DNA of 64,000 nt from the human T2T-CHM13v2.0 reference genome, Homo sapiens: assembly GCF_009914755.1 (NCBI RefSeq), contig NC_060931.1, one strand, 5' to 3'. How positions within the stretch are numbered: position 1 is the first letter of the stretch; each line of letters starts with the position of its first letter. The translations under genes were made by a program, and so were the position numbers. Below the pieces are notes generated by a model. The model ran no database searches, had not been told where the DNA came from, and worked only from the letters and a program-made list of their open reading frames with translations. This document shows, piece by piece, positions 20,411 to 37,200 of the stretch.

Positions 20411-20702
20411 GGCCAGACCCGGTGGCTCACACCTGTAATCCCAGCACTTTGGGAGGCCGAGGCGGGTTGATCACTTGAGGTCAGGAGTTCAAGACCAGCC
20501 TGGCCAACATGGTGAAACCCCGTCTCTACTAAAAATACAAAAATTGCTGGGCGTGGTGGCAGGTGCCTGTAATCCCAGCTACTTGGGAGTCTGATGCAGG
20601 CGAATCGCTTGAACTCGGAGGTGGAGGTTGCAGTGAGCCGAGATTGCGCCACTGCACTCCAGCCGGGGCAAAAGAGCAAGACTGTCTCAAAAAAAAAAAA
20701 AA
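20411..20702 (+). mobile_element. Alu SINE (AluS)
   Basis: Full dimer; TSD aatt(a/g)agaatcta. Confidence 0.95.
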
Positions 20703-21157
20703 TTGAGAATCTAAATTAATTTATAGAAATCCTTTTTCCATAAATTTATCTTTTCTCCAAGTTTTCTTCTGATATGCAAAGTGTGAGACACCTACTCTTA
20801 GCTTTTAGATAGTTTACAGGCCAATGACACACAGTAGATGATGTTCTGCCATGATGTCTCAAAGGCAGAGAAACATTCTTATTTTTATCAACACTTTCTC
20901 ATCCCCATCTTTAAATTATTGGTATAAACAAACTTCTGCTTCTCACTTTAGATTATAATTTTATCATTTTTTACAATTCATCAAAGAAAGTTTTTCTAAA
21001 TTGCACGGAAAGTTCTATAGAATGCTGAGTTATGTATTCTAAAGAATATTTCTCCTTCCCATTTTTTCATAGCTAAACTGTCAATATTTTTACCTTAACT
21101 TCCTACAAAGTCCTATAGCTATTTGATTACTTGATGTTTCAGTATAAAAAAAAATTA

Positions 21158-21526
<369 letters not shown>

Positions 21527-22197
21527 CTACTTTACTCAAGTCTCTGAAGGAGTAAGAGAGTCCTGCAGGGCACATTTGAACAGCTCACTTTCAGATACAA
21601 GTGATAAAAAATGGAGCCTCAGCAACAACAACAAAAATTATAACTTTTAAAGAGATAGAACAACATGGTTTGAAAAGGAATCTGGATTTTTGCCTCTGGT
21701 TGCTGTCATTGACAGGGAAAGTCTTATATTTTCTGAACTTGTTTTTAAATCCCCCCAAATAGAGGGATTAGACTGTGTAATTCCACAAATCCGTTGATTT
21801 TATGACCTGGCTATAGCTTGGGAAAGCAACCACATAGTACCGTTGTTACACTCCAGAGCTATTCAAATATTGTTATCAAAGTGGTGCCAAAAATTTCTAA
21901 TCAAATATTTGGAAGAGTTTGGTGATGAGTCGAAAGTAGCCTGTATGTCTCTGAATTCTGTGATGTTTCTCATTTTTCCTCCCCGTACAGTCTTCATAGG
22001 TATTTAGACAAGTAAACACCTGTAAAGGAAGAATGTGGGCAATAAGAATGAATATAAATGATAAATCACATAATCTGATGTAATGAAAGACTTAAGTTAT
22101 TACAGAAAACCTAGAATTAAATGAAATATTTAAAAAGTGATGTCTTCAGGAAGTCTACAGTTCAGATTCAAGGGTGGCAAATACTGTCCATGGAGAC

Positions 22198-22398
22198 CAG
22201 TAGTTCTCAGGAGGGTGACTTTTTTTCTCCAGGAGACATTTGGCAATGACTGGAGATATTTTTACTTGGGCATGTTGTTGATATCTAGAGAGTAGAGGCC
22301 ACGGATGCTGCTGAACACCTCCAATGTGTAGGACAATGCCCCGCAACAAAGAATGATCTCGCCCAAAATGTCAAGAATGCCAAAATGGAGACACCCTG
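22198..22398. mobile_element. MER20 hAT MITE
   Basis: cagtagttctc...gacatttggcaatg...gcccaaaatgtcaa...gagacaccctg. Confidence 0.8.
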
Positions 22399-22404
22399 GT
22401 GTAG

Positions 22405-22743
<339 letters not shown>

Positions 22744-23026
22744 GATAGCTCTGACTTCTAAGTCAACTGTGTTCATCAGTTTCATATCTCCCCTCTTACT
22801 TTCCACCATCACAAAAGCCTCTGCCTCCTACCAAATGTTAGTAAATGCAGTGAATGTTAGCAATCTATTTGAAACAAGGTTTCTTGGCATTCATCTAGCT
22901 GTATGGATAAAGTTTTACCAGCACAAACTCTGTATGCATGGGGTAGACTGGATCAGACAGAGCAATCTGAACCACAATGTTGGATTTCCTTCAAGCTTGA
23001 GAAATATTAATACTACCATATATACA

Positions 23027-23321
<295 letters not shown>

Positions 23322-24062
23322 TTACCACACATACTAACAATATGAAAGTTCTAATTCATATTTAAGGAAACATCTGCTTCTACATGTGTTTCTATCTGTG
23401 GTTCTGAAAAGCAAATCCTAATTTTTATGAATGATAATTTCTGGGCCTCTTTTTGTCTTTCCCCAGATGTTCCCTGCTTTGTTGCTTAAGAGCTGCATGG
23501 CACAGACCATAAAGGTTGTGAGCTCTTCCCATTTCAAGAAACCCTGGGGAGATTCAAATAAACAAATTCAAAATGCCCCTTAGAGTCTTTAACAGACCAG
23601 AATTAGTACGTTGTTTGTTTGAAAATCTTTCTTTTTTTCGGATATAAAACTATACACTCAAGACTAAATGGAGGCAGTACAATTACACATTTTGACTGAA
23701 TTGTCTCATCAGTAAAAGTATCACCTGGCTAATTGTAACTCTTTAGAATTGGCCTAAACTAGAAAATAAACAAGGACCTTATTCAAGTATTTCCTATTAT
23801 GTTACATACATACAAGTTACCAATTAGAAGTTGATATACACTATTTTGTTTAAAAATAAAATTCAGCAAGCTTCTGATGATTTATTCTGTTCTTGTTTTT
23901 CTTACCAGTTTTACTGCCAAAATAAACTCCTTCTCATACAAAGTCTGGGATTATACCACAGAGTTACTATAATTGGATTCAACTTTAATAGAATATTACA
24001 ATATTAATTTTAATAGAGTATGGTTTCAGATATTAAAAAGATTAATGTACCCAAAAACATAA

Positions 24063-24378
<316 letters not shown>

Positions 24379-24480
24379 ACTTCTTTTAAATTGCATAATT
24401 TTCCTGTTCTCTATTTCATCCAATCTAAAATAATAATGAGTTTTAAATACTTATTTTTAACATTTTTTTTACACCTATGA

Positions 24481-24782
<302 letters not shown>

Positions 24783-25092
24783 TGAGAATAGATTTTTGAC
24801 ATTTTTAACTTGATTTTCCGAGAAGAAAAAATTACATATTTTTAAAAATAATAAATACATTGAAATCTAGATTTTAAAACATGTTTACTTTCTCTCAAAT
24901 TTGTTAGAAATGTCACAACAAATAGCTTTTTCAACCTATGAACAGTATTTGTAGAAGGGAAAAATGAGGAAGAAATGGGCACATTTTTCTAGTGATTGAA
25001 TGGTGGTGTCTACATCTTGAATAATTCTCACTGCATATCGTTGCTTGAATTGTAGATCTGTATGGCATGTGACTTGCCTGGGTCTATGATGT

Positions 25093-25971
25093 TGTCAACA
25101 GAAAGAGTCAAATTCTGTAAAATATTTGAAGAGATTTCTTCTGAGCCAAATATGAGTGACCAATGGTCCCGGGAAATCCTGAAAACATGTGCCCAAGGTG
25201 GTCGGGCTACAGCTTGGTTTTATACATTTTAGGGGGACATAAGACATCACTCGATACATGTAAGATATACTTTGGTTTTGTCTGGAAAAGCAGGACAACT
25301 GGAAGCCAAGGGTAGAAGGGGGCCTTCCAGGTCATAGGCAGATTCTCATGATGTTGCCCAGATGTCCTATTGTAATTTCAATTGGTTGAGTTTATCTAAA
25401 GATCTGGAATCCATAGAAGGGAGTGTCTGGATTAAGATAAGTGGTTGTAGAGACCAAGGCTCTTATTATACAAAGCCTACAGGTAGCCGGCTTTGGAGAG
25501 AATAGATTGTAAATGTTTCTTATCAGACTTAAAAAGGTGCCAGACTCAGTGAATTCTCTCCTGGATTAGGGAAAAGACCTGGAAATGGAAAGGGATTCTC
25601 TACAGAAGTTAGATTTTTCCCCACAAGAGACAGCTTTGCAGGGCCATTTCAAAAATTGCCAAAGAAATATATTTTAAGACAAAATACTTGGATTTCTTTC
25701 AGGACCTGCTATCTGTCATGTAATGCTATACTAGAGTCAGGCTGGATTTGGGTGTCTTATTGCTACAGAAAGTCTTAAGATCTCTATTAATGTTAATGCT
25801 GGTCAGCTGTGCCTGGATTCCAAAGGGAGGAGGGTACAATGAGGCATGTGCAACCCCCACTCCCCATCATGACCTGAACTAGTTTTTCAGGTTAACTTTG
25901 GAATGCCCTTGGCTGAGAGGAGAGGCCAATTCAGATGGCTGTGGGGCTTAAAATGTTATTTTTGGCTTATG
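25093..25971 (-). mobile_element. MER4-group (MER4E-like) ERV1 solo LTR
   Basis: tgtcaacagaaagagtcaaa...gtgcccaaggtggtc...gacctgaactagtttttcaggttaac; 4-bp TSD ATGT (25089-25092 and 25972-25975). Confidence 0.85.
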
Positions 25972-26266
25972 ATGTGGAGGCAGAAGTAACCTGTATCACT
26001 GTTGTGCCAAAGTCTCTAAGAGCTAATGTGCAGTTCACCAAGTTGTCTCCCTATGAGAGTCAGCCATCACTGCAAACAGCAACACTCCAGGTTGATTGTG
26101 GTTCTGTCAGCTTCATCCTGCACCCCAGAGTAAAGATGACATAGTGGGGAGCCTGTCTTACAATGAGCATATAGCAGATGCAAGAAATAAACATTTGCCT
26201 TGTTAAGCCACTAAGATGTCAGGGTTGTTTGTCCTGCAGCAAAGCCCAGCTCATCCTGACTGATAA
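25972..26266 (+). mobile_element. MLT1 (ERVL-MaLR) LTR fragment
   Basis: 3' end gaaataaacatttg...gttaagccactaagatg...cctgactgata; a further piece upstream of the MER4 LTR (~25050-25092). Confidence 0.65.
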
Positions 26267-26325
26267 ACTTATCCATTCAAGTGATCAGCTTTTGGTGTAA
26301 ATGCCCCTAAGAAAACTGATAAAGC

Positions 26326-26659
<334 letters not shown>

Positions 26660-27267
26660 CTACCTACCTATGCCTTGCCAAAGAATGGTAATAATCCAAA
26701 AACTGTTTAATTTAGACCTTCACTATGCAATGCATATTTTATCTAGGAACACTTTTACTGGTATCAGTGATCAAAATTATAGAGCAGGGGGGGAAATGTG
26801 AGGAAACAAATCTCAAATGTCAACATACGTGGGGATCTTGTTTGCAGATGAGGAAGTGCATTCTCAAAGCTGTGTGAATTGTCCTCATCATACAGCTATT
26901 TTCATTGTATTCTTTCACAAAAATATGTATGTGGATGGATTCTTAGGTGTTAGAGACGGGGAGGAAAGAATAAAGGAGACTCAAGGCATAGGTGGAAACC
27001 GTGCATACAGATGGTATATCTTTATGTGTTGAGCATTTATATCATGCATCTGCTAAGTACTGCAATGGAAACAAGGATAAGACGCACAGACTTCCCTAAA
27101 GAAATGTAAAATCTCAATGACAAAGAAACATGTGAAGAAGTTAGTATCTTAAGCAAAATGATGCAATTCATAGTAGGCCACTGTGTACTGGAAAAGTAAG
27201 GGCTATTCTATTCCAAAGTGTGATTTTTTTATTGGGTGAGGGGGACCTGAGAAAGCTTCATGGAGGG

Positions 27268-27699
27268 TGTGATAGTTAATACTGAGTGTCAACGTGATTG
27301 GATTGAAGGATGCAAAGTATTGATCTTGGGTGTGTATGTGAGAGTGTTGCCAAAGGAGATTAACATTTGAGTCCGTGGGCTGCAAAAGGCCGACCCACCC
27401 TTAATCTGGGTGGGCACCATCTAATCGGCTGCCAGCACGGCTAGAATATAAAGCAGGCAGAAAAACCTTGAAAAGACTAGACTGGCCTAGCCTCCCAGCC
27501 TACCTCTTTCTCCCATGCTTGATGCTTCCTGCCCTCAAACATTGGACCCCTGGTTCTTCAGTTTTGGGATTGGACTGGCTCTCTTTGCTCTTCAGCTTGC
27601 GGATGGCCTATTGTAATCATGTGAGTTAATATTTAATAAATTTCCATATATATATCTATTTTATTAGTTCTGTCCCTCTAGAGAACCCTGACTAACAGA
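27268..27699 (+). mobile_element. MLT2A (HERV-L) solo LTR
   Basis: tgtgatagttaatactgagtgtcaac...ttctgtccctctagagaaccctgactaa. Confidence 0.9.
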
Positions 27700-27955
27700 G
27701 AGGAGAGGATATCTGAACTAAGCCTCAGAGGAGGATGAATGGCAAGGAGAAGAAACATGTCTCCAGGAAACTGAGGCCTGAGGGGGTAGTAATTTTTCCC
27801 GAGCATATGATAAATGACAGTGATTTGGGAAGACTTCATGACATGAATGTATGTGAGAAAGTGGGCTTGCGAGAGCAAGATTGGAGGAGTTGGTTATGGA
27901 AAGGCGAGTAACCAGATATAGGCTGATAGATGGAGTAAGCATAGAGAAGGGCATT

Positions 27956-28115
<160 letters not shown>

Positions 28116-28574
28116 TAAAGAAGGGCATTGCAGTAGGAATAGAATGAAAGGAAGAGATGAATGAATGGAAGAGATATATGAGCCATTTCAAAATAAGAAT
28201 CACAACAGTGGAACTGAGTGGCTGTGGATAAAAGCTAAAAGGGTTAAGTCAGGGTTGGGACCAACAGAACTAGAACAATACTTGTATTTTGGCCCAGATG
28301 ACAAGGGCTGAAGGGCATCCAGTGAACACCCAGAAACTGAGGACGCTAGACTGAAGCCCAGGGGAAAATCCAAGCTAGTGAGGTTTTTCTCTTATGAGTT
28401 ATGGGAGGAGCAACTTGGAGGGAACACTTATTGATTGCATCTCTTGTAATATCCACAGCAAAGGCATATGAGGCGAGGCTAGGGAAGGAGATAGAGGAGG
28501 AGTGTGGTCAGAGACGCAAAAGGCATCAAATAAAGCTGATGTGGAAGAGAACCAGGACACTCATTGTGGTATGA

Positions 28575-28979
<405 letters not shown>

Positions 28980-30237
28980 TGAACTTTGGGATTCTCTTGG
29001 TGGTTGTAGAGAATGCACTTCATTAGCTTTAGATTCTGGGACAGTCACATTATAAAAGACAAGGGGAAATAAAGAGGGTATACAGGACACTGGTGTATAC
29101 TGTCCACTCCAGATCAGTGGATGAAGAGGATCTGCACCCTAAGGGGACAGCAGATTTATCCCATTGCTTTGTTGTGTTGCTTTGTCGAGATGGGAGATAC
29201 CTGAAAGCAGAAGGAAAGCAACATAGGAAGACGCTCAAAAATAATGATTTTCTTAAATGCACATGATAATTTATGGCTGACACTGACATTTTCTCAGTTA
29301 CCTTTCATAATAACATTAGAGAAATGACATAAGGTTGCAGAGTGGGGGGCAGTGGGTTTCTTCTGACTCCACTTCGGTTCCCTTCATAGCATGAACACAT
29401 TTGTAAGGGAGAAAACGAGGCAGGAATGATGCACATTCCGAGGGTGGGAGTGAAGAATTAGGAGTCACAGGTAGGTTAGCATGTGGAAGAGAAGGTGACT
29501 GAAACCAGAGGCAGAGAGGAGAAAGTGGACTGAGATTTACATGTTTTACTCCCTGAAGAGACTAGCAGTCCCTATTTCCACCAAGGGCAGAAACATTCAA
29601 ACATTCTGCATACCTTTCCTTTTATGCATGAAATAAAATACTGGCATTTGAAGGAAGAGGTTGATAATGTTTATTTCTTAGAACATTCAAGCTTGGCAGT
29701 TATGTGACTTATCTCTAGAGCCTCTCAGAAGTCTCTGGGGACGCAGGAGTCTTTGGAGACTCACACTTTCTGCAAAAGTGCAGAAAGAAATACAATTACT
29801 TAATGAATACCTACTGTGTACTCAGCAAATCCTTTATCTGTCACTTGTGTTAATTTCTAGAAATTACATAACTAAGAGTCTCCATGAATTGCACTTGTTT
29901 TCTTAAGAGGGAAAGAGAAAAAAATACCTTCTTTCCTTACCATTTAAGCCAGTGCTTTTTAAACCAGGATCTGACACTCCGTAGGTGACCATAGATGTAG
30001 TATCACAGATCCGTCTGTTTCCAAAATGTTACATTCTGATTTTAAGATCCCCTGAAAGTTGAAATTTCTCTTTTGCTGCAACAACTCACACTTGAGAAAA
30101 ATTTTCACAGGAGACTTTATTTTCTTAAAGCAGAGTTTGTTAATATGAATTCTCACAGGACTGTGGCAATTCATTTTTCTTTTAATGCGTTCATTACTCT
30201 AGACCAAGACATCAATTTTTGTGCAAACCTTGTTTCC

Positions 30238-30256
30238 TGCTGCCACCTGGTGGAAG
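30238..30256 (-). promoter_or_regulatory. Candidate CTCF binding site
   Basis: Minus strand reads CTTCCACCAGGTGGCAGCA, matching the CTCF core CCASYAGRKGGCRS at all positions, in apparently non-repeat sequence. Confidence 0.65.
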
Positions 30257-31669
30257 CCACATAAGAGTTTTACAGAGGCTTTGGTGGTGCTAGGAGAGGG
30301 GCCAGGGCTCTTCCTCAGTCACAGAATCCCACACAGTGATCAAAGAGCAGATCTTTCTATTAAACTCCCTGGCAGCAAAACAGTAGAGGCTTGGCTCTCT
30401 GCCCCGGGACTGTGCAGAATGTCACATGTCGGAAGCCCAGAGCATTTTTCTCTTCTTTTATCTTTAGACTCTTGTGGCTCTCAGACCTTGAATATAATTC
30501 TTTGCTGAAAATTCTTTAAAATCATTATCTTTTCTTTCTTCCTTTTTTCTTTCTTTCTTTTTTCTTTCCTCTTTTTTGCTATGCTAGACAGGAAGAAAGA
30601 AGGGAATGGCATTTTAATGTAAAGAAGATTGCACTGAAATTATATTACTTGCTTAATTGTATTAATTCACTGCAATAACAATTTAATAATATGACAGGTC
30701 ATTTACATGCTAATCATTTGGGTCTCTTGTCCAGAGAAATCATGAGGAAGGGCTGGGAAGTGCTCTTATTATGATCAAAATAATCCACACTCTCCTAGAG
30801 GAGTGCATAGGTATAGAACTGACATTGTTTGTTTAATAAAGTTTCATTCAAGGCAATTTGGCTGGTTCTTTTATCAAGTGTAATGGGAAAACAAGCCAGT
30901 CCTGATGTTAAACACTCCAATGATCCCTCAAGCTTTTTATTCTGTAATAAGTTTTACAGCATTATGTGTTACCCACGACAGTCATTTAGTCGGTCAATTT
31001 CAGGCTAGTGATAAAAGTTTGAGTAATGGGAAAGCTGTGTTGATGTTCCATATTCTTTGTGAGATGTCTATGAATTAATGCTCCCAGGTACACACTCAAT
31101 TTATATTTAACAGCCATTACTAAATGTAATATCTAAGTAAAACCCAGTTATGACCTATATATATGGAAAACTAATTAAAGCTGTTGGAAACAACCTATTT
31201 CCCTTTGGATTATTTATGTAAATACATCGAGGTCTAAAAATTCAGTACAAGTCAGATGTGTTCCTGCCTAGGGCTATTATATAAAGCTCAGAAAATTTTA
31301 TGAGAAAAATGATGATTCTTAAGGATTGAGCTTCAAATGTGAATTTTTCTATTTTATAAGGATATAGCTTGGGTTGTTAAGCATCAACATAGCTTTTCAA
31401 AATAGTTTTTTATTCTCACAAGTTTAAAGGCCTTGTAAAATCTCTTCTATTAAATATACATATATACATACATATTACATATACACCAATTGACTAACCC
31501 CTCTAAGTGCTGTATCTGAACTAATTTTAAAAGAATACCCGTGTTTTTCAGCTCCCAAATTGAAAAGATTATTAGTTAGTACCGTGATTTCTGAACTTTT
31601 AATCAAATTTTCATTCATTTTATAATTTTGAAATTTTGACAATCTGAGAATCTTCTATGATTAAATATA

Positions 31670-31880
31670 TTCTTTCTTCCTTTCTTTTTTCTCTTTCCCT
31701 TCCTTCCTTCCTTCCTTCCTTCCTTCCCTCCTTCCTTCCTGTCAGTCTGTCTTGCTCTGTTGCCCAGGCTGGAGTGCAGTGGCATGAACATGGCACACTT
31801 CAGCCTCGAACTCCTGGGTGATCCTCCCACCTTGGCCTCCCAAGTGTTGGGATAGCAGGTGTGAGCCACCAAGCCTGGCC
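31670..31880 (-). mobile_element. Alu monomer (FRAM-like) with (CTTC)n/(GAAG)n tail
   Basis: Single-arm Alu at 31748-31880 preceded by a pyrimidine repeat. Confidence 0.8.
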
Positions 31881-34287
31881 TTATAACCAATTAAATGAAG
31901 GAAATGATACTATGACACAGACAACCATTTTTCAATCAAGTTATTCTGCCATATTAAATTTTCAGTCACCTTTCTATTGCATTTATTGAATTTCTACTTT
32001 TTACCAGTTCTAAGCCTAGATCTGTCTCTCTTAAATTATTAAATGTCTTATTTTCTTATGAAACAACCTTCAGATGTAATACACAGAAGAAAAAGGAGTC
32101 TCAGGAAGTTTAGTTTGCCCAACTAGAAATTGAGCACAATTACTTGGTGTGTTGAGGGGGATTTGAAACTATGTCCTTATGATAATTGATAGTTATGATA
32201 ATTGATGACAAAGGGGTTTTAGAAAGACCTCTTTTGCTTTTAGAAACACTTCTCTTTGCACTTTCTTTAATGCCCATTTTTTAGTTTTATGAATTAAATA
32301 ATATACATTTATTTAAACAAAAGTATCAACATTTCTCAAGTATCTATAGGTTACTTATCTACTCAATGCAACTAACAATCAAAAACTAGTGCTCCAACAA
32401 ATTAAATTTTCCAAACACTGAAATATTGATCACAATGTCTCTAAGCATTTCATTGAAATAAAAATTTTGATGTATCTAATTTTCCTAAATATTTTAAATG
32501 CATTTCAATATGCAAAACTCTCACAAAATTGTTGTAAATACAAAGGTAATCAGTATTTTTAGATTAAAATCAGTTATAAATGTGCTAATATAGTGAATGT
32601 GACCCTTGTCCGGACTCACATTTTTCTTCTTAGTCTTTTCCTGGGTTATATTCTTAACATATCAGCTATTTTTCTATTTTTATAGCTTCTTAGGGTTCAA
32701 AAATATTACCATATCCAAATGAAAACTAACTACCTGAGAGCAGCCAACTGCAGGATCTGTGTCAGGATCCAGCTGATTCTTGGTGAGGACACAGATCCAG
32801 GTGTCTAAGGAGATTCAGACACTAGCCAGTCATCATCAGATTAAGCTGCACTTAAATCCACATATATCAAATTGTTTTTTTTTATTTTTACAATGGTGCG
32901 TTACTACCATGATGTCTTCACAACTGATTTGAGCAGTGTTGCAAATCCCATTTCATTATCCCATCGTTGTGATATATAGACTTGGCCTGTTGGAATACCT
33001 TCTTGGAAATTTAAAAAAATAGTTTATTAAGATTATTAGGGCCATTGAAGAATTTCCTCCTAGGAGATAATGCATTGAGTCTACCTTTCAGTCCTCCTCC
33101 TCAGAACACGTGCCCGAACTATCATTTTTGAGATCACCATTGATTTCTTTCTACAGCGTGGTCACTGGTACCAATAAAATGCTAGTCTTCATTCCTATCC
33201 AGTTATTATGTGGGGCCCCATGTTGTTAGTCTTTCTGATTTCATTATGATACTAAGTTTTAAGGGAAACTTGACTTCCTATTTTTGTGTCTATTGTACTA
33301 CCCACTATAGCGACTATATAGTAAGGAATATAAATTTGTTTTCATAGGAAATAAAATACCCACATATATTAAATCCCCATTAAACATACCCTATTGCATT
33401 TACCCTTCTTTAAATTATAACTATCTTTTTATATGGCTTATATTAACTTTTCTCTCTCAAGCATCATTTTAAGCTAATGACCTTTCAGACTAGACCCAAC
33501 TTCTTTCAGTCAACCATAATTCATGCTCACTTTCTCCCTCTCTCTCATCAAATCATCGAAATTTGATCAGCAGGAATCTCTTTAACTTGACTCCATTGAT
33601 TTTTTAGTGTTTTAGTACAGTCTCCAACATTCTTAAAAACATATTTGTTTTCTAGCAATAACAAGATGTCCCAGACTCATTCCAATTTGTTTTGTTTTAC
33701 TGCCCCAAAACATGGAATCAGCTTCCCTACCATAAGTAGTAAAGAGTAGTAGAGAATACTATTAAAGTCCAAAATCTGGGAACTAGGGATAAACAGGAGA
33801 GTTGATGGTAAGTAAAACCAGTGCTGCTGCTTAACTATATTTACTAATGTCAGAGATGGAAAATACAAGTTATTTTAATGTCATAAGCTCACAGTAATTT
33901 TTTCCAAATAAGATTATATATTGCTATGCTCTACTTTTCTCAAATTATGTGATTTTATTGAAAATGAAAACTTTTATTTTGGAATTGAAATATTTGACCC
34001 TCTTCTTTCTGCTTAGGGGAATTATTTGGAAAGATTTCTTATGTCTAGTTCTGTAGGGTTCCAAACCATGTATACTTTCACAAAATGCATGTGTGCAATA
34101 GCACACATGCTATTTCCAGCAGCAAGTTGAATCCTTGTATCTAGCACTGATGGTCAATATGTTTTGCATTTTGCTTTCCCACCTCCAATGAATTAGTATA
34201 AACTATGACCTTCATTGATATTTCTTTAGTTTTTATATTTGTATGAATCAGCTACTTCAAACCCTTAATAAAATCTACAACCTCTCC

Positions 34288-37200
34288 AATAAACCCAAAG
34301 TTACTAGATGGAAGGAAACAAAGATTAGAGCAGCAATCAATGAAATAGAAACTTAAAAACAGAAAAGATCAACAAAACTACAAGTTGGTTTTCTGGAAAA
34401 AAATAAACAAAATCAATAAAATTTTGGCTAGACTAAGAAAAAAAAAGAGAAGACTCAAATAAATGAAACCAGAAATGAAAGAGGAGACATCATAACCTAT
34501 ACCACAGAAATCCAAAGGATCACAAGAAACTGTTATGAACAATTACACAGCACACATTGAATAAGCTAAAAAAAGAATAAATTCTTAGTCTCATAGAACC
34601 CACCAAAACTGAATCATGATGAAACAGAAAATCTAAACAAACCATTAATGAGTGAGGAAATTAAATCAATAAAAAGCCTCCTATCAAAGAAAATCCCAAG
34701 ACCTGATAGCTTTACTGCTGAATTCTACCAAACATTTAAAGGATAAAATACCAATTTTTTGCAAACTTTTACCAAAAAATGAAGATGAAGAAACATTCTC
34801 AAACTCATTTTACCAGGCCAGCATTACCCTGATAACAAAGCCAGAAAAAGCACCACAAGAAAAAAAATTACATGCCCATATTCCTAATGAATATAGATGC
34901 AAAAACCCTCAACAAAATACTAGCAAACTGAATTCAACAGCATACTAAAAGAATCATTCATCATGGTCAGGTGGGATTTATCCCAGAGATGCAAGGATGG
35001 TTCAATATACAATAATTAATATGATGCACCACATTAGCAGAATGAAGGACAAAACCCATATGATCATCTCAATAGATGCAGAAAAGTCATTTGACAAAAT
35101 TTAACTTTCTTTCATGAAACAAACACTCAGCAAATTAGGTACAGAATAAATGTATCTCAACACAATAAAGAGCACATACAACAAGCCCATAGCTGACATC
35201 ATATTCAATTGAGAAAAGTTGAAAGCTCTTCCTCTAAGATTAGGAAGAAGACAAGGATGCCCACTCTTGCCATGTTTATTCAACATAGTACTAGAAGTAC
35301 TAGCCAGAACAGTTAGGCAAGAGAAAGAAATAAAGGCATCCAAATTGGAAAGGAAAAAGTTAAATTGTCTCTGTTTGCAGATGACATGATCTTATATGTA
35401 GTAAATCATAAAGACTCCATGAAAAAACTGTTAGAACTAAAAATGAATTCACTAAAGTTGTAGGATACAAAATCAACATACAAAAATCAACAGCATTTCT
35501 ATATATTAACATGAATTATCCAAAAAGGAAATAAAGAAAACAATTTCATTTACAATACTAAAAAAGAAATACTTAAGAAAAATTTAACCAAGGAGGTAAA
35601 AGTTTATAATGAAATTTATAAAACATTGAGGAAAGAAATTGAAGAACACAAGTAAGTGGAAAGATATCCCATTTTCATGAATTTGAAGAATATTGTTAAG
35701 AATTCAGTACTACCCAAAGTGATCTACAGATTTAACATAATGCCTATAAAAATTCCAATAACATTTTTTACAGCAATAGGAAAAGTAATCCTAAAATTCG
35801 TATGGAACCACAAAAGACCCTAAATAGCTAAAGCAATTTTAAGCAACAGAGAGATATCACATGACCTGATTTTAAAACCTACCACAAAGCTATAGTAATA
35901 AAAACAGCATAGACTAGCATAAATACAGACACATATACCAATGGAACAGAATAAAGACCCCAGAAATAATTTAATGCATTTATGGTAAATAGGTTTTTGA
36001 CAAAGGTGCCAAAATTATGGGGAAAGGACAGTCTCTTCAAGAATGTATATCCATACATAGAAGTGTGAAACTAGGCTCTCATTTTACACCATATACAAAA
36101 ATCAATTCCAAATGAATTAAAGACTTAAATGTGACACCTGAAACTGTAAAGCTACTAGAACAAAACATAGGGAAAATGCTCTATGATACTGGTCTGGGCA
36201 AAGATTTTTTGGCTATGACCCCAAAAGCACAAGCAGCAAAAGCCAAAATAGACAAATGGAATGACATCAAACTAAAAAGCTTCTGCACAACAAAGGAAAC
36301 AATCCAACAGACTGAAGAGACAACCTATGGAATGAGAGGATGTATTCACAAACCATACCTCTGATAAGGGATTAGTGTCCAAAAGGTATAAGGAATTCAA
36401 ATAATTCAGTAGTAAGAAAACAAATAACTTGATTTAAAAATGGACAAAGGACCTGAGTAGATGTTTCTCAAAAGAAGGCATACATGTGCCAACAAATATA
36501 TTTAAAAGGTTTAATATCACTAATCAGGGAAATGCAAATTAAAACCATAAGATACCACCTCAAACCTCTTAGAATGGCTATTATCAAAATGATAAAAGAC
36601 AACAAGTGTTGGTGAGAATGTGAAGAGGGAACCATTACACATTGTTGGTAGAAATGTAAATTAGTACAACCATTAGGGTAAACAGTATGGAGGTTCCTCA
36701 AAAAATTAAAAATAGAGCTACCATATGATCCAGCAATCCCACTATTGGCTACATATCCAAAGGAAATGAAATTAGTATGTAGAAGAGATAAGTGCACTCC
36801 TATGTTTACCGCAGCATTATTCACAATCGCTAAGATCTGGACTCAAGTGCCCATCAACAGATGAACAGGTAAAGAAAATATGGTATATATACATGATGGA
36901 AGCTTCAAAAAGAAGGAAATCCAGCCATATGGATGTACCTGGAGACCATTATGTTACATAAAATAAACTAGGCACAAATCAAGTATCCTATGATCCCACT
37001 TACATGTGGAGGGTAAAAAAGTTGAAGTAATTGGAACAAAGAGTAAAATAGTGGTTACCACAGAGACTGGGAGGTGGTGGGATTAGGTAGATCTTAGCCA
37101 AAGGACACAACATTTCAATTAGACAAAAGGAGTAATTTCAAGAGATCTATTGTACATCATAGTGACTACAGCTAATGACAACATATTGTGTATATGAAAA

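Noticed and set aside
33140-33180. Acceptor tttctttctacag followed by AATAAA about 20 nt later
   Set aside because: Implausibly short terminal exon with no other support; likely chance in AT-rich DNA
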